A stretch of 64,000 nt of DNA, taken from positions 58,291-122,290 of the IMG/VR virus record IMGVR_UViG_3300032240_002475; one strand, 5' to 3'. Position 1 is the first letter of the stretch. Each line of letters starts with the position of its first letter. This document shows, in pieces, positions 29,437-40,123 of this stretch. Under the pieces are notes generated by a model. The model worked only from the letters and a program-made list of their open reading frames with translations, was not told the origin of the DNA and searched no databases. This stretch comes from a virus. The position numbers and the translations under genes were made by a program.

Positions 29437-29913
29437 TTATAGTTTTGAAATTATTTCGTTTATTCTTTTAAGGCTTTCGGTAACCGCTGCATTATACCTA
29501 TCAACAGTTTTGGTGTGTTCTTGAGAAGGTCTTACATTATTAAAGTTTTTCTTTTCATGAGGTTTTAAGAACTGATTCTGCATTCCAGCGTTCATCTTAT
29601 TTGTTTTAGTCATTTTATTGTAATCCCTCATTTTTCTCAATTCATCATTAACCCAATTTTTCATTTCAACTCCACCATTAAGAATGAATGGAGATTCGTT
29701 GTGGTTACCTTTAAAATTATCAAAAAAGTTTTTTATTCTTTTTAATTGTTTATATTCAATAAAGTTTTGACTTTGTAATTCCTTATTTCTGTTGAATCCT
29801 TCAGTATTTTCATCAGCACCTTTAACCATATGGAAACATTTTTTCATGTGTTCCTGTTTGTCTTTAGGAAATTCAATTTCCCCTTTGGCCGAGTTATATA
29901 AATCGTTATTCAC
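29437..29913 (-). CDS. Hypothetical protein (putative head-associated)
   Basis: LKRIKNFF...LNGG..MKNWV core; C-terminal VTESLKRINEII. Confidence 0.6.
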   Translation of the reverse strand: MNNDLYNSAKGEIEFPKDKQEHMKKCFHMVKGADENTEGFNRNKELQSQNFIEYKQLKRIKNFFDNFKGNHNESPFILNGGVEMKNWVNDELRKMRDYNKMTKTNKMNAGMQNQFLKPHEKKNFNNVRPSQEHTKTVDRYNAAVTESLKRINEIISKL

Positions 29914-30703
29914 TTTTTAATAGTTTAATTAATTCAGAAATTGACAATCCTTCTTTTTCTGCTTGTCTTTTTAAACTTGATATATTTTTCTTTAATATTT
30001 TAGATGCGTCAAGTTCTTTTTTAGATACATCTGCATTATCAGAGTTTTTATTTTTCATTAAAAGGTCCTCGACCATTTTGATTGCCTTTTGTCTTTGAAT
30101 TTCACTTATTGTGATTTTCATATCAGACCCTGGCATTTTTTTCTTTTTCTTAAATGGATTTTTACCTTGTTGTTTAACTCTTTCTTGAGCGTCATCAGGT
30201 TCCATATCCATCTTTTTTATTAAATATTTGTAGGCCTCTGGTCCATCTAAATCTTTTGTTTCCTCATAGCCAAATGCGCCTGACATATCAATTTCATCAA
30301 GTTCTTCTTCAACAGATTCACCATAATAAGTCCTGTATCCACGAGAAATTGGGTCATTAGTAATTCTTGAAGCAGCAACCGTTTGGTCCATAGTTTTTTT
30401 AGGGTGAAGTTTTGGGTCAAGGATTGGAATCTTAGAGTTTGACATACTTCCATCCGCATTTACCAATTCCTCTAAATCAGTTTTTAAAGTTTTAGTATCC
30501 TTAACTTTTTTTTCTTTTGCAACTTTTTTTAAATGTTTTTTTACTTTTTCTCCCTTTTCTTTTTTGAAGTGAATAACCTCATCTTTTTTACGAGCTTCAG
30601 TCAAAGTTTCCTCTACAGAGAAATATAAAGAATATTTGTCTCCTTTATCTCTCAAAAGAAAATAGTATGGGGATGAATAAAATTCACTATCTGTAGTAAT
30701 CAT
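29906..30703 (-). CDS. Highly charged hypothetical protein (putative internal head protein)
   Basis: Start reassigned to MITTDS (30703), downstream of TATTTAT at 30725-30719, which removes the overlap with the divergent gene; LTE, LDE and ISE motifs. Confidence 0.6.
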   Translation of the reverse strand: MITTDSEFYSSPYYFLLRDKGDKYSLYFSVEETLTEARKKDEVIHFKKEKGEKVKKHLKKVAKEKKVKDTKTLKTDLEELVNADGSMSNSKIPILDPKLHPKKTMDQTVAASRITNDPISRGYRTYYGESVEEELDEIDMSGAFGYEETKDLDGPEAYKYLIKKMDMEPDDAQERVKQQGKNPFKKKKKMPGSDMKITISEIQRQKAIKMVEDLLMKNKNSDNADVSKKELDASKILKKNISSLKRQAEKEGLSISELIKLLKSE

Positions 30704-30718
30704 CTGTTCTTTTAATCT

Positions 30719-30745
30719 ATAAATACTCTGACACAAGGTATTTAT
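30719..30745. promoter_or_regulatory. Back-to-back pair of TATTTAT motifs (putative divergent late promoters)
   Basis: ATAAATAC(30719-26), 11 nt, GTATTTAT(30738-45) between divergent ATGs at 30703 and 30755. Confidence 0.6.
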
Positions 30746-30754
30746 CATTAGTTT

Positions 30755-33472
30755 ATGGCATATCAAAACATTAATCAATATAATTTTAGAGGTTGGGGGA
30801 TTAAACCACTCAATGAAGTAACCGATATTTGTTTAGCATCGGATGAGAAAGACTACGACCAAGAGGTAGTATTTTCACCATTATTGATTGGTGAGGACGA
30901 TGGTAATAGAATGCCATTTAAGTTTGACCTTAATAGTTCAGGAACAACAAAGTGTCAAACAGAAGTTTGTACTTTTGATGATGACACTATTGTATCTGAA
31001 AATTATTGGAATCCTGACTTAATTGACCCTAACTTCTGTCCAATTGTTACAAATTTATGTGACGTTGGATTAACAGGTATTGATAATGGATTGGTTAAGA
31101 ATATGTCAGGTGAGACAATTCAAATCACCACAGGTCTTTACGAAACAAAATCAGATAAGTTTAGTAGATACAAATATGATAGGAGAATGAAAATGCATCC
31201 TATCACAGGTTTTACAACAACTGAAAACAGATTATGGAATGATGGGTCTTACAACTATGACATGTCCTATACAACCGATGGAGGACCAGTTGGATATTTT
31301 GCAAGATTGAGTGGTGGATTCTATCAAGGGTTTTATAAAATACCCGAATATAGTTACCAAGTTTTTCCTGAAAGAGTTAATTTAGGCTGGACAGCCGAGT
31401 TTATGTTGAGATATAGATGGACGGGGGACACTAATGTAGGGTTAAATGTTCGCTACCCTGACAATAAAGGTACGTTCTTTTATATGGGTGCAAGAGCGGA
31501 AAATAAATTCTACCACTATGCTGACGGAGAACCAAAACAAGATACAGAATACACAAGAGTAACTTCAGGTTTAACTTGTATGCACACTTGTGGTTGTGCT
31601 AGTTCGGCAAATACATCATCACAATGTTTACAAGTGTATCAACCATCAGGTGGTACAATAACTCACTGTACTTGTGGTTGTCCTTGTGATTGTCAAACCA
31701 AAGCCAAATATCCTGAAAAAGACCCATTATATGATGAGGTGTCAAACGGATTATCATTAAGACTTAGTGGTGACACAGGAAACCCAAGACTATGTGTTAA
31801 GACATATAGAATCACAGGAGGGTGTGAACATAGCGGGACTTGTCTTACAGGTTTGACTTATCACACAGGTACATCTGTAACTGAATGGTGTTCAACAAGA
31901 GGAATCTTTGACGACTGTAGCGGAACAACATATCAAAATGTAGAGCATTGGGTTCAGATTGATGCTGTGTTCCAAAGATATGAATGGTTAGATAAGTGTG
32001 ACCTTTATGATAAAGGGGGTTTGGGTTTACTTGTTAAAGATACGTATTTTGCTACAATAGAAGACAGAAGTGTTACTTTAATTGAACCTCCATTGACTCA
32101 TGAACAACCTTACGACCCACCAAGTACTGAGGTTGTTACGTTTAACGACATGTGGACGGTAGAACAAAAGTATAGATTGGGAACTCTTAAATTTTATGTG
32201 AATGGTAAACTATTCATGGTCACAGAAAACTTTGAAGAAATTATACCAAGACTTCTTAATGTTGAAAAAGAAAAACAAATTGGGGTTGGGTACAACATCT
32301 CTGTCGGTGGAGGTACACAAGGTCTACACGACAACTTAACTTTCTCAGGAGGATGTCCTGCAGAATTGAGTGGAATCACTTACCAACAAGACCCTGAGTG
32401 TTTAACAACTCACGACCTTAACCATACTGAATATTCAGGTCTTACAACACAGATAAGATTAGAAGAAATTTTTGGTGGTAGTATGGTTGGAGATATTAGT
32501 GCATTCAGAATGTATACTGAACCATTAAATGCATCTCAAATTAGACACAATTTTAGAATATTAAAAAGTAGATATAATCTATTAGACCCTAACTGTTTGA
32601 ATTGTAGAATTACCATACCAAATGGTGATTTGATTTACATACAAATACCATGTAATGATTTACTTTACATGTCAGTGCCGTGTAATGACTTAGGTTACGT
32701 ATTATACCCGTGTCCAACAAATACTCCAACACAAACAATAACACCAACAAATACTCCAACTAATACTGAAACTCCGACAAATACTCCAACTAATACACCA
32801 ACTAATACAGAAACACCTACAAACACACCAACAATAGGTGCAACTCAAACACCTTCAATAACCCCAACTAACACTAACACCCAAACCCCTACGTCAACAA
32901 TTCCTGCAACACCTACACCAACTCCAACATTTGTACCATATATTCCTGGTAGTTTTACTTTTGATGCTGATTATATTGTATTAACATATGCTTTCAATGA
33001 CGGAACAGATTTGGATACAAGAACAAGAGTTACTGTACCCGACATAGGTCAAAATAATTTATCTGACTACATCGGTTGGTGTTGTTCTGAACAATGGCCA
33101 CAGGTAGGAAATCCAATTTTAACTTGGGGTGGAGACAATACAGGACAAGGGTTTGAATCCGTATTAATTGATTTGATACAATTCAAGTTAGATTATCCTG
33201 GCCAAAATATCATAACAATCAATGCAAACGCTGGTTGGTATGGAACTGTGGGCACTAACCCTGTTTATATTCAAGCTAAATTGTATAAAGGAGGTACTAT
33301 GGTTGCGGTTCCTGATGAATATACATTTGTCAACGAAGGATACACTGCATCATATGGGGCAATTTCTACAGGACAAGTTGTTACGTTGGATTTATTTACC
33401 AGTTGTGTTGATGGTCAAGACGTAAGAAGTTTAGAATATAATTTATCAAATTATAACGGAAGATTTATTTAA
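30755..33472 (+). CDS. Large Cys-rich virion protein with a LamG/ConA-like region and a mucin-like Thr/Pro tract
   Basis: LKFYVNGKL...[19 protein letters not shown] (LamG-like); ~70-aa TPTNT tract; many Cys. Confidence 0.65.
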   Translation: MAYQNINQYNFRGWGIKPLNEVTDICLASDEKDYDQEVVFSPLLIGEDDGNRMPFKFDLNSSGTTKCQTEVCTFDDDTIVSENYWNPDLIDPNFCPIVTNLCDVGLTGIDNGLVKNMSGETIQITTGLYETKSDKFSRYKYDRRMKMHPITGFTTTENRLWNDGSYNYDMSYTTDGGPVGYFARLSGGFYQGFYKIPEYSYQVFPERVNLGWTAEFMLRYRWTGDTNVGLNVRYPDNKGTFFYMGARAENKFYHYADGEPKQDTEYTRVTSGLTCMHTCGCASSANTSSQCLQVYQPSGGTITHCTCGCPCDCQTKAKYPEKDPLYDEVSNGLSLRLSGDTGNPRLCVKTYRITGGCEHSGTCLTGLTYHTGTSVTEWCSTRGIFDDCSGTTYQNVEHWVQIDAVFQRYEWLDKCDLYDKGGLGLLVKDTYFATIEDRSVTLIEPPLTHEQPYDPPSTEVVTFNDMWTVEQKYRLGTLKFYVNGKLFMVTENFEEIIPRLLNVEKEKQIGVGYNISVGGGTQGLHDNLTFSGGCPAELSGITYQQDPECLTTHDLNHTEYSGLTTQIRLEEIFGGSMVGDISAFRMYTEPLNASQIRHNFRILKSRYNLLDPNCLNCRITIPNGDLIYIQIPCNDLLYMSVPCNDLGYVLYPCPTNTPTQTITPTNTPTNTETPTNTPTNTPTNTETPTNTPTIGATQTPSITPTNTNTQTPTSTIPATPTPTPTFVPYIPGSFTFDADYIVLTYAFNDGTDLDTRTRVTVPDIGQNNLSDYIGWCCSEQWPQVGNPILTWGGDNTGQGFESVLIDLIQFKLDYPGQNIITINANAGWYGTVGTNPVYIQAKLYKGGTMVAVPDEYTFVNEGYTASYGAISTGQVVTLDLFTSCVDGQDVRSLEYNLSNYNGRFI

Positions 33473-33473
33473 T

Positions 33474-34040
33474 ATGGGAGAAAATTGTAACTATTATATT
33501 ATCACCAACTACAATACTGTCGAACAAGGATATTATAGGTGGACTGGATGCACTGACATAGTTAGTGTGTCACCAATCAATCCTTTAGAAGTACAATATG
33601 TTTGTGCAAAAAATTTAGTAGTTGAAAGTTACGGAGCTCCTCTTACAATATCTTTAATAGGTTTATGCCCATCATCAACACCTACACCAACTGTAACTCC
33701 AACTGTAACTCCATCATCAGTTACACCAACACCAACGGCAACTTCACCAACTCCAACACCAACAGCAACACCAAGTGTTACACCAACAACTGTATTCATG
33801 TATAATTTAAGAACAGGTGGTTGGTACCAAAATGTTTGTGAATCTGTTAATATGATTGCAAATCCAACAAACGTAACCATCTATATTCCAAAACTTTTTG
33901 AACAACTTGAAGTTGGTGATTATGTATATGGTAATCAATCTTTAACCATTCCTCCAGTTAATGCCAATTTTACAATCTCAAACGGAGCAAAGTTTATTCA
34001 ACTGAGCGGTAATCAAATTATTAATGTTGGGGTATGTTAA
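33474..34040 (+). CDS. Thr/Pro-repeat protein with two Cys-containing beta domains
   Basis: [21 protein letters not shown] linker between domains that begin and end in Cys. Confidence 0.75.
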   Translation: MGENCNYYIITNYNTVEQGYYRWTGCTDIVSVSPINPLEVQYVCAKNLVVESYGAPLTISLIGLCPSSTPTPTVTPTVTPSSVTPTPTATSPTPTPTATPSVTPTTVFMYNLRTGGWYQNVCESVNMIANPTNVTIYIPKLFEQLEVGDYVYGNQSLTIPPVNANFTISNGAKFIQLSGNQIINVGVC

Positions 34041-34073
34041 AAGATAAAATAAATTTATTGAGTATTTATTAAC

Positions 34074-35798
34074 ATGGCAGATTGTGGTGTATTAATTTCA
34101 AGTATAAGTTTAAGCGGACTAACAACCGAAGTTACGTTCTTTCCTCAAACGGGGGGTACCGTTGACTTAGGTACTCAAATTTTTCCGTTTAGTTATGTCT
34201 CAAATTATTATTATGGAACATATAACTGTTATGTACCAACATATGCTTATACGTATACTGTTATAGTACCAGCACCAACATCTTCACCGACTCCAACACC
34301 AACAGTAACTCCAACCGTAACTCCTGTTTATTATTATTACTATTTGTTAAATTGTGACTTGATTACTAATGCTTATGGTAGAAGTGCTGACCCTGATTTA
34401 AATTTATCTGGTTTTACATTTAATGTTGATGATAGTACTTGTTATACAATTGTCGGGAATGATGCTGGTACTTATTATGATTATGACTTAGACGTTGCAA
34501 TTTTAGCCACGGATTGTACAGATGCATTATGTAATTTAATTACACCAACACCTACTCCAACTCCTACTAATACGGAGACACCAACTCAAACACCTACTAA
34601 TACGGAGACACCAACTCAAACACCTACTAACACAGAAACACCAACACCTACTAATACAGGAACACCAACTCAAACACCAACACCAACTAATACAGGAACA
34701 CCAACTAATACACCAACTAATACAGAAACGCCAACAAATACTCCAACTCAAACACCAACTCCGACACATAATAGACATTCATTTGCTGTATACTCAGGAT
34801 TAACATCTGATGAAGCCTGCGGTGAATATAATATACCAACAAATCTTTATGGCGATAATCCTGTGTTTGAAGATAATTTACGATTCTATAATGATTTTGT
34901 TGGTCCTGTTACAATTGATATGGCGGCATTTTATAAGTATGATTCGGACAACTCAGTAATACAATTAGATTCTGAAGGATTCAAAATTGGTTATTACGGG
35001 TTATGTCAAACATTAACTCCAACTCCAACAAATACACAAACTCCAACACATACACCAACAACAACACTTACATCAACTCCAACACCAACTAATACTTCAA
35101 CTGTAACACCAACTGTTACATCTACACCAACTCCAACACCATATAGAAACTTTAGAGTTTCAAACCAAAGTACTAGCGGAGCAACGGTTACAAACATTAT
35201 ACCTGTTGGACATATTACAATTAATCCAAATTACACTTACCCTGTTACTTCAGGTCAAACAGTTATTGGATTCCATACAGAGGCTAACGAAACAGATGGT
35301 TTAGACATTAGTGTTGAAGGCGTGACTGGAGTCACAGTTGTTATTTCAGTATACGAAAAAGGGGTTTTGACATTTACTGAACAAATAACAACACCAATTA
35401 CAAATTTATTCTATGATTTAACTCAAAATTTAACGGAGAATGATTTATTGGAAGTTTTATTAACTAATACAATACCGCCAACTCCAACACCAACAAATAC
35501 TCCAACTAATACCGAAACTCCAACTCCAACATCAACTAACACTCAAACACCAACTGTAACATCAACCGTAACTCCAACAGTAACTTCAACACCAACAATA
35601 ACTCCAACACAATCAAGTCCTTTATGTAAAAGATATGCGTTTTATGGTGGAACAACCGATACTCTTTTTGTTGTTAAAGATTGTAATGGATTTGATAATA
35701 GCTTTACAGTTCTTGGTGGAGATACATATGTTGGTTGCGTAAGGAGTTATATAGTTGTGGATGGAGACGGATTCGCAACATTCATAAATCCTTGTTAA
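34074..35798 (+). CDS. Mucin-like multi-domain protein (four Thr/Pro tracts)
   Basis: Four TPT(N/Q/P)T tracts separating five small domains. Confidence 0.8.
   Translation: MADCGVLISSISLSGLTTEVTFFPQTGGTVDLGTQIFPFSYVSNYYYGTYNCYVPTYAYTYTVIVPAPTSSPTPTPTVTPTVTPVYYYYYLLNCDLITNAYGRSADPDLNLSGFTFNVDDSTCYTIVGNDAGTYYDYDLDVAILATDCTDALCNLITPTPTPTPTNTETPTQTPTNTETPTQTPTNTETPTPTNTGTPTQTPTPTNTGTPTNTPTNTETPTNTPTQTPTPTHNRHSFAVYSGLTSDEACGEYNIPTNLYGDNPVFEDNLRFYNDFVGPVTIDMAAFYKYDSDNSVIQLDSEGFKIGYYGLCQTLTPTPTNTQTPTHTPTTTLTSTPTPTNTSTVTPTVTSTPTPTPYRNFRVSNQSTSGATVTNIIPVGHITINPNYTYPVTSGQTVIGFHTEANETDGLDISVEGVTGVTVVISVYEKGVLTFTEQITTPITNLFYDLTQNLTENDLLEVLLTNTIPPTPTPTNTPTNTETPTPTSTNTQTPTVTSTVTPTVTSTPTITPTQSSPLCKRYAFYGGTTDTLFVVKDCNGFDNSFTVLGGDTYVGCVRSYIVVDGDGFATFINPC
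34563..34640 (+). repeat. 30-bp coding tandem repeat
   Basis: CCTACTAATACGGAGACACCAACTCAAACA twice plus a degenerate third copy ([10 protein letters not shown]). Confidence 0.85.
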
Positions 35799-35867
35799 GA
35801 AATAATTTAAAATTACTTTATAAAATTAGAGGAAATCGTAGTATTTATTAGATAAATAACATTTAAG

Positions 35868-37166
35868 ATGGCATGTAGCAAATATACTTTAACAAATACG
35901 GGTTCAACAACCGTGAACTTCTCATATAGAAGATGTGATGATTCCATGTGGGAATATCAAGTCGAATTAACTCCAGGACAAACAAAAAATATTTGGATTA
36001 TTAATGGTACATATACAATTGCACCTTTATATAAGAATATGGTTTCTTTGATTAATCAAGGAGCGTTTCCTCCTGTTAATGCGACCGCAACACCAACTGC
36101 GACTCCAACATCAACGCCAACACCAACAGTTACTCAAACTCAAACATCAACTAACACACCAACACCAAGTGTAACTGCAACAATTACTCCATCACCAACT
36201 AACACAGGAACTCCAACATCGACACCAACACCAAGTGTAACTGCAACAATTACTCCATCACCAACAGAACCTGCAAGATATGAACAATCAATTAATAATC
36301 ATAGTGAATCAAGTGCTCAAGATGCTTGTGACGGTGGTCAGGCTGCAAATGTTTTCACTAACGGTGTTGATTTTGCGTCATCATCATTAGCATTCTCAGA
36401 TGCACATGGTGCTAATACAGGAAACCCTGATGGATGGTACATCCAAGGAGGAATTATATATGAAGTTGCAACAGGTTGTGGAGTAGGTTGTACCACAGGT
36501 TCTCCAATTACAGTTTATGGAGTTTGTGGTGTAACCCCAACGCCAACAGCGACTAACACTTCAACACCAACAAGCACACCAACAAATACACCTACACCAA
36601 CACATTCTAAAGTTGCGTTTACTGTTTATTCAGGAACAACACATGACCAAGCTTGTGGAAGATATAACCCAACTGTTGTTGTTTATGGAAATAATTCTCA
36701 ATTTGATTTAAGTACTCAATTCTCTAATATTTCAACAGGAGATGCTACAATTGATATGACAGGATTTATCCAAAATGGTGGATATGTAGCACAATTAGAT
36801 GCAAATGGAATTGTATTAGGTTCAGTTACAATATGTGCAACGTTAACTCCAACTCCAACAATGACACCAACAAATACACAAACTCCAACCCATACACCAA
36901 CAACAACACCAACAAGAGCTTATTATCAGTATAGTTTAGGTACAGGTAGTACTGCAAATTTAGCTTGTGTTGACTACGGTTCAGCACCTAATACAATCTA
37001 CGGAACTGTTTCGGGAGGACCTGGTCCAAACATCGGAGAGTACTTATATTTCAACTCAAGTTTAACTATAGCAGTTGCAAATGGATACTACTCAAATGGA
37101 ACGGCAGTATTCCAAGTTACAGGTGGATTAGGACAGATTACTGCTGTCGACCCATCAGGTTGTTAA
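35868..37166 (+). CDS. Mucin-like multi-domain protein (three Thr/Pro tracts)
   Basis: Tracts separate ~80-aa ...AC...C modules. Confidence 0.8.
   Translation: MACSKYTLTNTGSTTVNFSYRRCDDSMWEYQVELTPGQTKNIWIINGTYTIAPLYKNMVSLINQGAFPPVNATATPTATPTSTPTPTVTQTQTSTNTPTPSVTATITPSPTNTGTPTSTPTPSVTATITPSPTEPARYEQSINNHSESSAQDACDGGQAANVFTNGVDFASSSLAFSDAHGANTGNPDGWYIQGGIIYEVATGCGVGCTTGSPITVYGVCGVTPTPTATNTSTPTSTPTNTPTPTHSKVAFTVYSGTTHDQACGRYNPTVVVYGNNSQFDLSTQFSNISTGDATIDMTGFIQNGGYVAQLDANGIVLGSVTICATLTPTPTMTPTNTQTPTHTPTTTPTRAYYQYSLGTGSTANLACVDYGSAPNTIYGTVSGGPGPNIGEYLYFNSSLTIAVANGYYSNGTAVFQVTGGLGQITAVDPSGC
36156..36265 (+). repeat. Direct repeat (~44 bp, 66-bp period) in the coding sequence
   Basis: ACACCAACACCAAGTGTAACTGCAACAATTACTCCATCACCAAC at 36156 and 36222 ([15 protein letters not shown] twice). 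Confidence 0.85.
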
Positions 37167-37188
37167 AAATAATAAAATTTAATATATC

Positions 37189-37221
37189 AAAAAAACCCTC
37201 TACTTTTGTGGAGGGTTTTTT
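37189..37221 (+). terminator. Rho-independent terminator (possibly bidirectional)
   Basis: AAAAAAACCCTC-TACTTTTGTG-GAGGGTTTTTT. Confidence 0.85.
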
Positions 37222-37246
37222 ATTTTTATTACAAAATATATTTTAG

Positions 37247-38509
37247 ATGAAAATTTTTATTCAGATTGCGTCTTACAGAGACCCACAGTTAATACCAACG
37301 ATTAAAGACATGTTGGAAAATGCCAAAAAACCTAAAAACTTAGTGTTCGCAATTGCAAGACAATATAGTGAAACAGATGGATTCGACAACTTGGACGAAT
37401 ACAGAAACGACAAAAGATTTAGAATTTTAGATATTCCATATGAAGAAGCCAAAGGTGTTTGTTGGGCAAGAAACTTAACACAACAACTTTATGATGGAGA
37501 AACATATACATTGCAGATTGACTCTCACATGAGATTTATCAAAGATTGGGACGACGTTCTAATCAAGATGATTAAGGGTCTACAGAAGGATGGGTACAAG
37601 AAACCTCTACTTACGGGATATGTACCGTCCTTTGACCCTGAAAATGACCCAGCGGGTAGAGCAACTGACGCTTGGAGAATGGCATTTGATAGATTTATTC
37701 CTGAAGGTGCAGTATTCTTCTTACCTGAAACAATTCCTGGTTGGAGAGAAATGACAAAACCTGTTACAGCAAGATTTTACTCTGCTCACTTCTGTTTTAC
37801 TTTAGGTGAATTTTCAACTGAAGTTCAACACAATCCTGAATATTATTTCCACGGAGAAGAGATTTCAATCGCTGCAAGAGCTTACACATGGGGTTATGAT
37901 TTATTCCACCCACACATTCCTGTAGTTTATCACGAGTACACTCGTAAAGGTAGAACTAAACAATGGGATGATGACAAAACATGGGGGGATAAAAACAAAC
38001 ATTCTCATCTTACAAATAGAAAATTATTTGGTATGGATGGTGAAACCCAAGAAGGACATGATGGTCCTTATGGATTCGGAACAGTTAGAACATTAAGAGA
38101 TTATGAAAGATATGCTGGTTTATTGTTTGAAAAAAGAGCCGTAGACCAACATTGTTTAGATAAGAAATATCCACCAAGTCCCATGATTGAGGATGAAGAA
38201 GAATGGAAAAATAGTTTTTCAACTATCTACAAACATTGTATTGATGTAGGTTATTCAAGTGTTCCTGAAACAGATTATGATTTTTGGGTAGTTGCATTCC
38301 ATGGTCCAAATGATGAAACATTATATAGAAAAGATGCGGACAAGAATGAGATTGCTGGATTTATGAGAGACCCTGATAAGTATTGTAAGGTATGGAGAGA
38401 ATTTCCAACCACGGTATTACCAACTTATTGGGTTGTTTGGCCGCACTCAGAATCAAAAGGTTGGTGTGATAGATTAACAGGTCAGTTAAATCACAACCAC
38501 ATTAGTTAA
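37247..38509 (+). CDS. GT60-like UDP-GlcNAc:polypeptide N-acetylglucosaminyltransferase
   Basis: IFIQIASYRDP, GVCWAR, LQIDSHMRF, FYSAHFCF, YFHGEEI, YHEY match the Gnt1/GT60 pattern. Confidence 0.8.
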   Translation: MKIFIQIASYRDPQLIPTIKDMLENAKKPKNLVFAIARQYSETDGFDNLDEYRNDKRFRILDIPYEEAKGVCWARNLTQQLYDGETYTLQIDSHMRFIKDWDDVLIKMIKGLQKDGYKKPLLTGYVPSFDPENDPAGRATDAWRMAFDRFIPEGAVFFLPETIPGWREMTKPVTARFYSAHFCFTLGEFSTEVQHNPEYYFHGEEISIAARAYTWGYDLFHPHIPVVYHEYTRKGRTKQWDDDKTWGDKNKHSHLTNRKLFGMDGETQEGHDGPYGFGTVRTLRDYERYAGLLFEKRAVDQHCLDKKYPPSPMIEDEEEWKNSFSTIYKHCIDVGYSSVPETDYDFWVVAFHGPNDETLYRKDADKNEIAGFMRDPDKYCKVWREFPTTVLPTYWVVWPHSESKGWCDRLTGQLNHNHIS

Positions 38510-39252
38510 TGAAATTTAATGAAATTCCTAAGTTTGTTATAAATCTTGAAAGAAGACCTGACAGACTTGAAAAAGTAAAAAGAGAATTAGAATATATCGG
38601 TTGGAACTACGAAGTATTCAAAGCAATCGATACAAATTCATATATGGGGATTACTCGTTCTATTTTAGAGATTGTTAAAATCGCTAAAGAGAAAAAGTAT
38701 CCTCGTATTATGATTATTGAAGATGATATTGCATTCATGCCGTATGCTAAAGATTTATTAAACAAGTTAGAAGTTGCGTGTGAAGGTTTAAAGTTTGGAG
38801 TATTCAATTTATCACCAACACTTAATAGGTTTATTAACAGGAGTACTGATAATGAATTACTTCTTGATATGACTAACTTACCTGAAAGACCTGAACATCT
38901 TAGGGACATTTACGCTTGTAATACGTTAATATTGGATGAATCAATTTATGATGAGTTATTTAAAATAAGTGAAGTCGCATTTCCAAGTGGAGATTTCTTT
39001 TATGCAATAGATGACTTTATTTTTAGATTTATTATTCAAAAGTTTCAAAGTTATTGTCCAATATTACCAATAGCACCACAAGGTCTTGATATATCAAACA
39101 TCTCTGAAGGAACTTATAATAATTTTTATTTACAGACATATAATTGGAATTTATACAGTCCTGCAAAAATACCTTCAGAATTTTTAAATCAAGAAAATAA
39201 CCAAGAGGTAAGAAATAAAAACGAACACAAAGATTTTTATTATGTCAGTTAA
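38509..39252 (+). CDS. Glycosyltransferase, GT25 family
   Basis: FVINLERRPDR, FKAID, MIIEDDI. Confidence 0.8.
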   Translation: MKFNEIPKFVINLERRPDRLEKVKRELEYIGWNYEVFKAIDTNSYMGITRSILEIVKIAKEKKYPRIMIIEDDIAFMPYAKDLLNKLEVACEGLKFGVFNLSPTLNRFINRSTDNELLLDMTNLPERPEHLRDIYACNTLILDESIYDELFKISEVAFPSGDFFYAIDDFIFRFIIQKFQSYCPILPIAPQGLDISNISEGTYNNFYLQTYNWNLYSPAKIPSEFLNQENNQEVRNKNEHKDFYYVS

Positions 39253-40123
39253 ATTTATAACTTCAATTTATAGTGACTTACATGGCACTGAATTTGGAGG
39301 TAGACCTGGTAGAGGAGGCCATTATCGATTTAGTTTGTTGTCATTACTTAAGATGACAGATGCAGATTTTTTATGTTATACTTCAGACAGAGAATTACCT
39401 TCATTAGAAGCATTTTTTTATGACGAATATTCAATATCAAAAGACAAACTTAAATTTCAAGTTTTTGATATTTCTAACACAAAACTTAAAGATTTAATTA
39501 ATCAGTTTAAAAATATTGAAGAGACAAAAAAAAGTGATAGATGTATAGAAGTCCAATATTCTAAATTTCATTGGTGGTGGAATGAAGATAAATCTTATGA
39601 TTATTATTATTGGATTGACGCTGGTCTTTCTCATTGTGGGCTAATACCTAACAAATATTTACATGGAACTCATCCACAAGGAAGATATTATGAAAGTTCA
39701 TTGTTTAATAACGAATTTTTAAAAAATCTTATTGAAGATACTGAAGATAAATTTTTAATTTTAGGTAAAGAAAACGATAGAAATTATTGGTCTGGAACCG
39801 TAGAAAGAAAATGGTATACTGAATTTGATAGAAGTATTCATGTTATTGGAGGATTATTTGGTGGACAAAAAGATAAGTGGGATGAAATTGTGAACTTATT
39901 TGAAGACTACGCAAGTAAAATTATGACAGAGGATAAGGGTATTCCACATGAAGAAAACGTTATGACTTTGATGTGGTTTAATCATAAAGATTTATTTGTG
40001 AGAAAACATTTCGATATTTGGTGGTGTAGAGATAATGCTCCTCAAGGAGTCACAGATGAGTTGTTTGAACAGAACAAAAGTTTCTATAAAATATTAGAAG
40101 AATTTAACAGAATATATGAGTAA
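39242..40123 (+). CDS. HtrL/YibB (WlaTC)-like putative glycosyltransferase
   Basis: VQYSKF, YYWIDAGL, IGGLFGG, HEE. Confidence 0.6.
   Translation: MSVKFITSIYSDLHGTEFGGRPGRGGHYRFSLLSLLKMTDADFLCYTSDRELPSLEAFFYDEYSISKDKLKFQVFDISNTKLKDLINQFKNIEETKKSDRCIEVQYSKFHWWWNEDKSYDYYYWIDAGLSHCGLIPNKYLHGTHPQGRYYESSLFNNEFLKNLIEDTEDKFLILGKENDRNYWSGTVERKWYTEFDRSIHVIGGLFGGQKDKWDEIVNLFEDYASKIMTEDKGIPHEENVMTLMWFNHKDLFVRKHFDIWWCRDNAPQGVTDELFEQNKSFYKILEEFNRIYE

Noticed and set aside
30704-30778. Long N-terminal extensions from the ORF track (also 5223-5246, 6981-7010 and 49891-49908)
   Set aside because: They overlap neighbouring genes or span the TATTTAT motif; downstream ATGs fit better
32710-36915. ACACCA/ACTCCA-rich repeats as a CRISPR array or non-coding satellite
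   Set aside because: They are in-frame Thr/Pro codons inside long ORFs, with no constant repeat and unique spacer pattern and no cas genes
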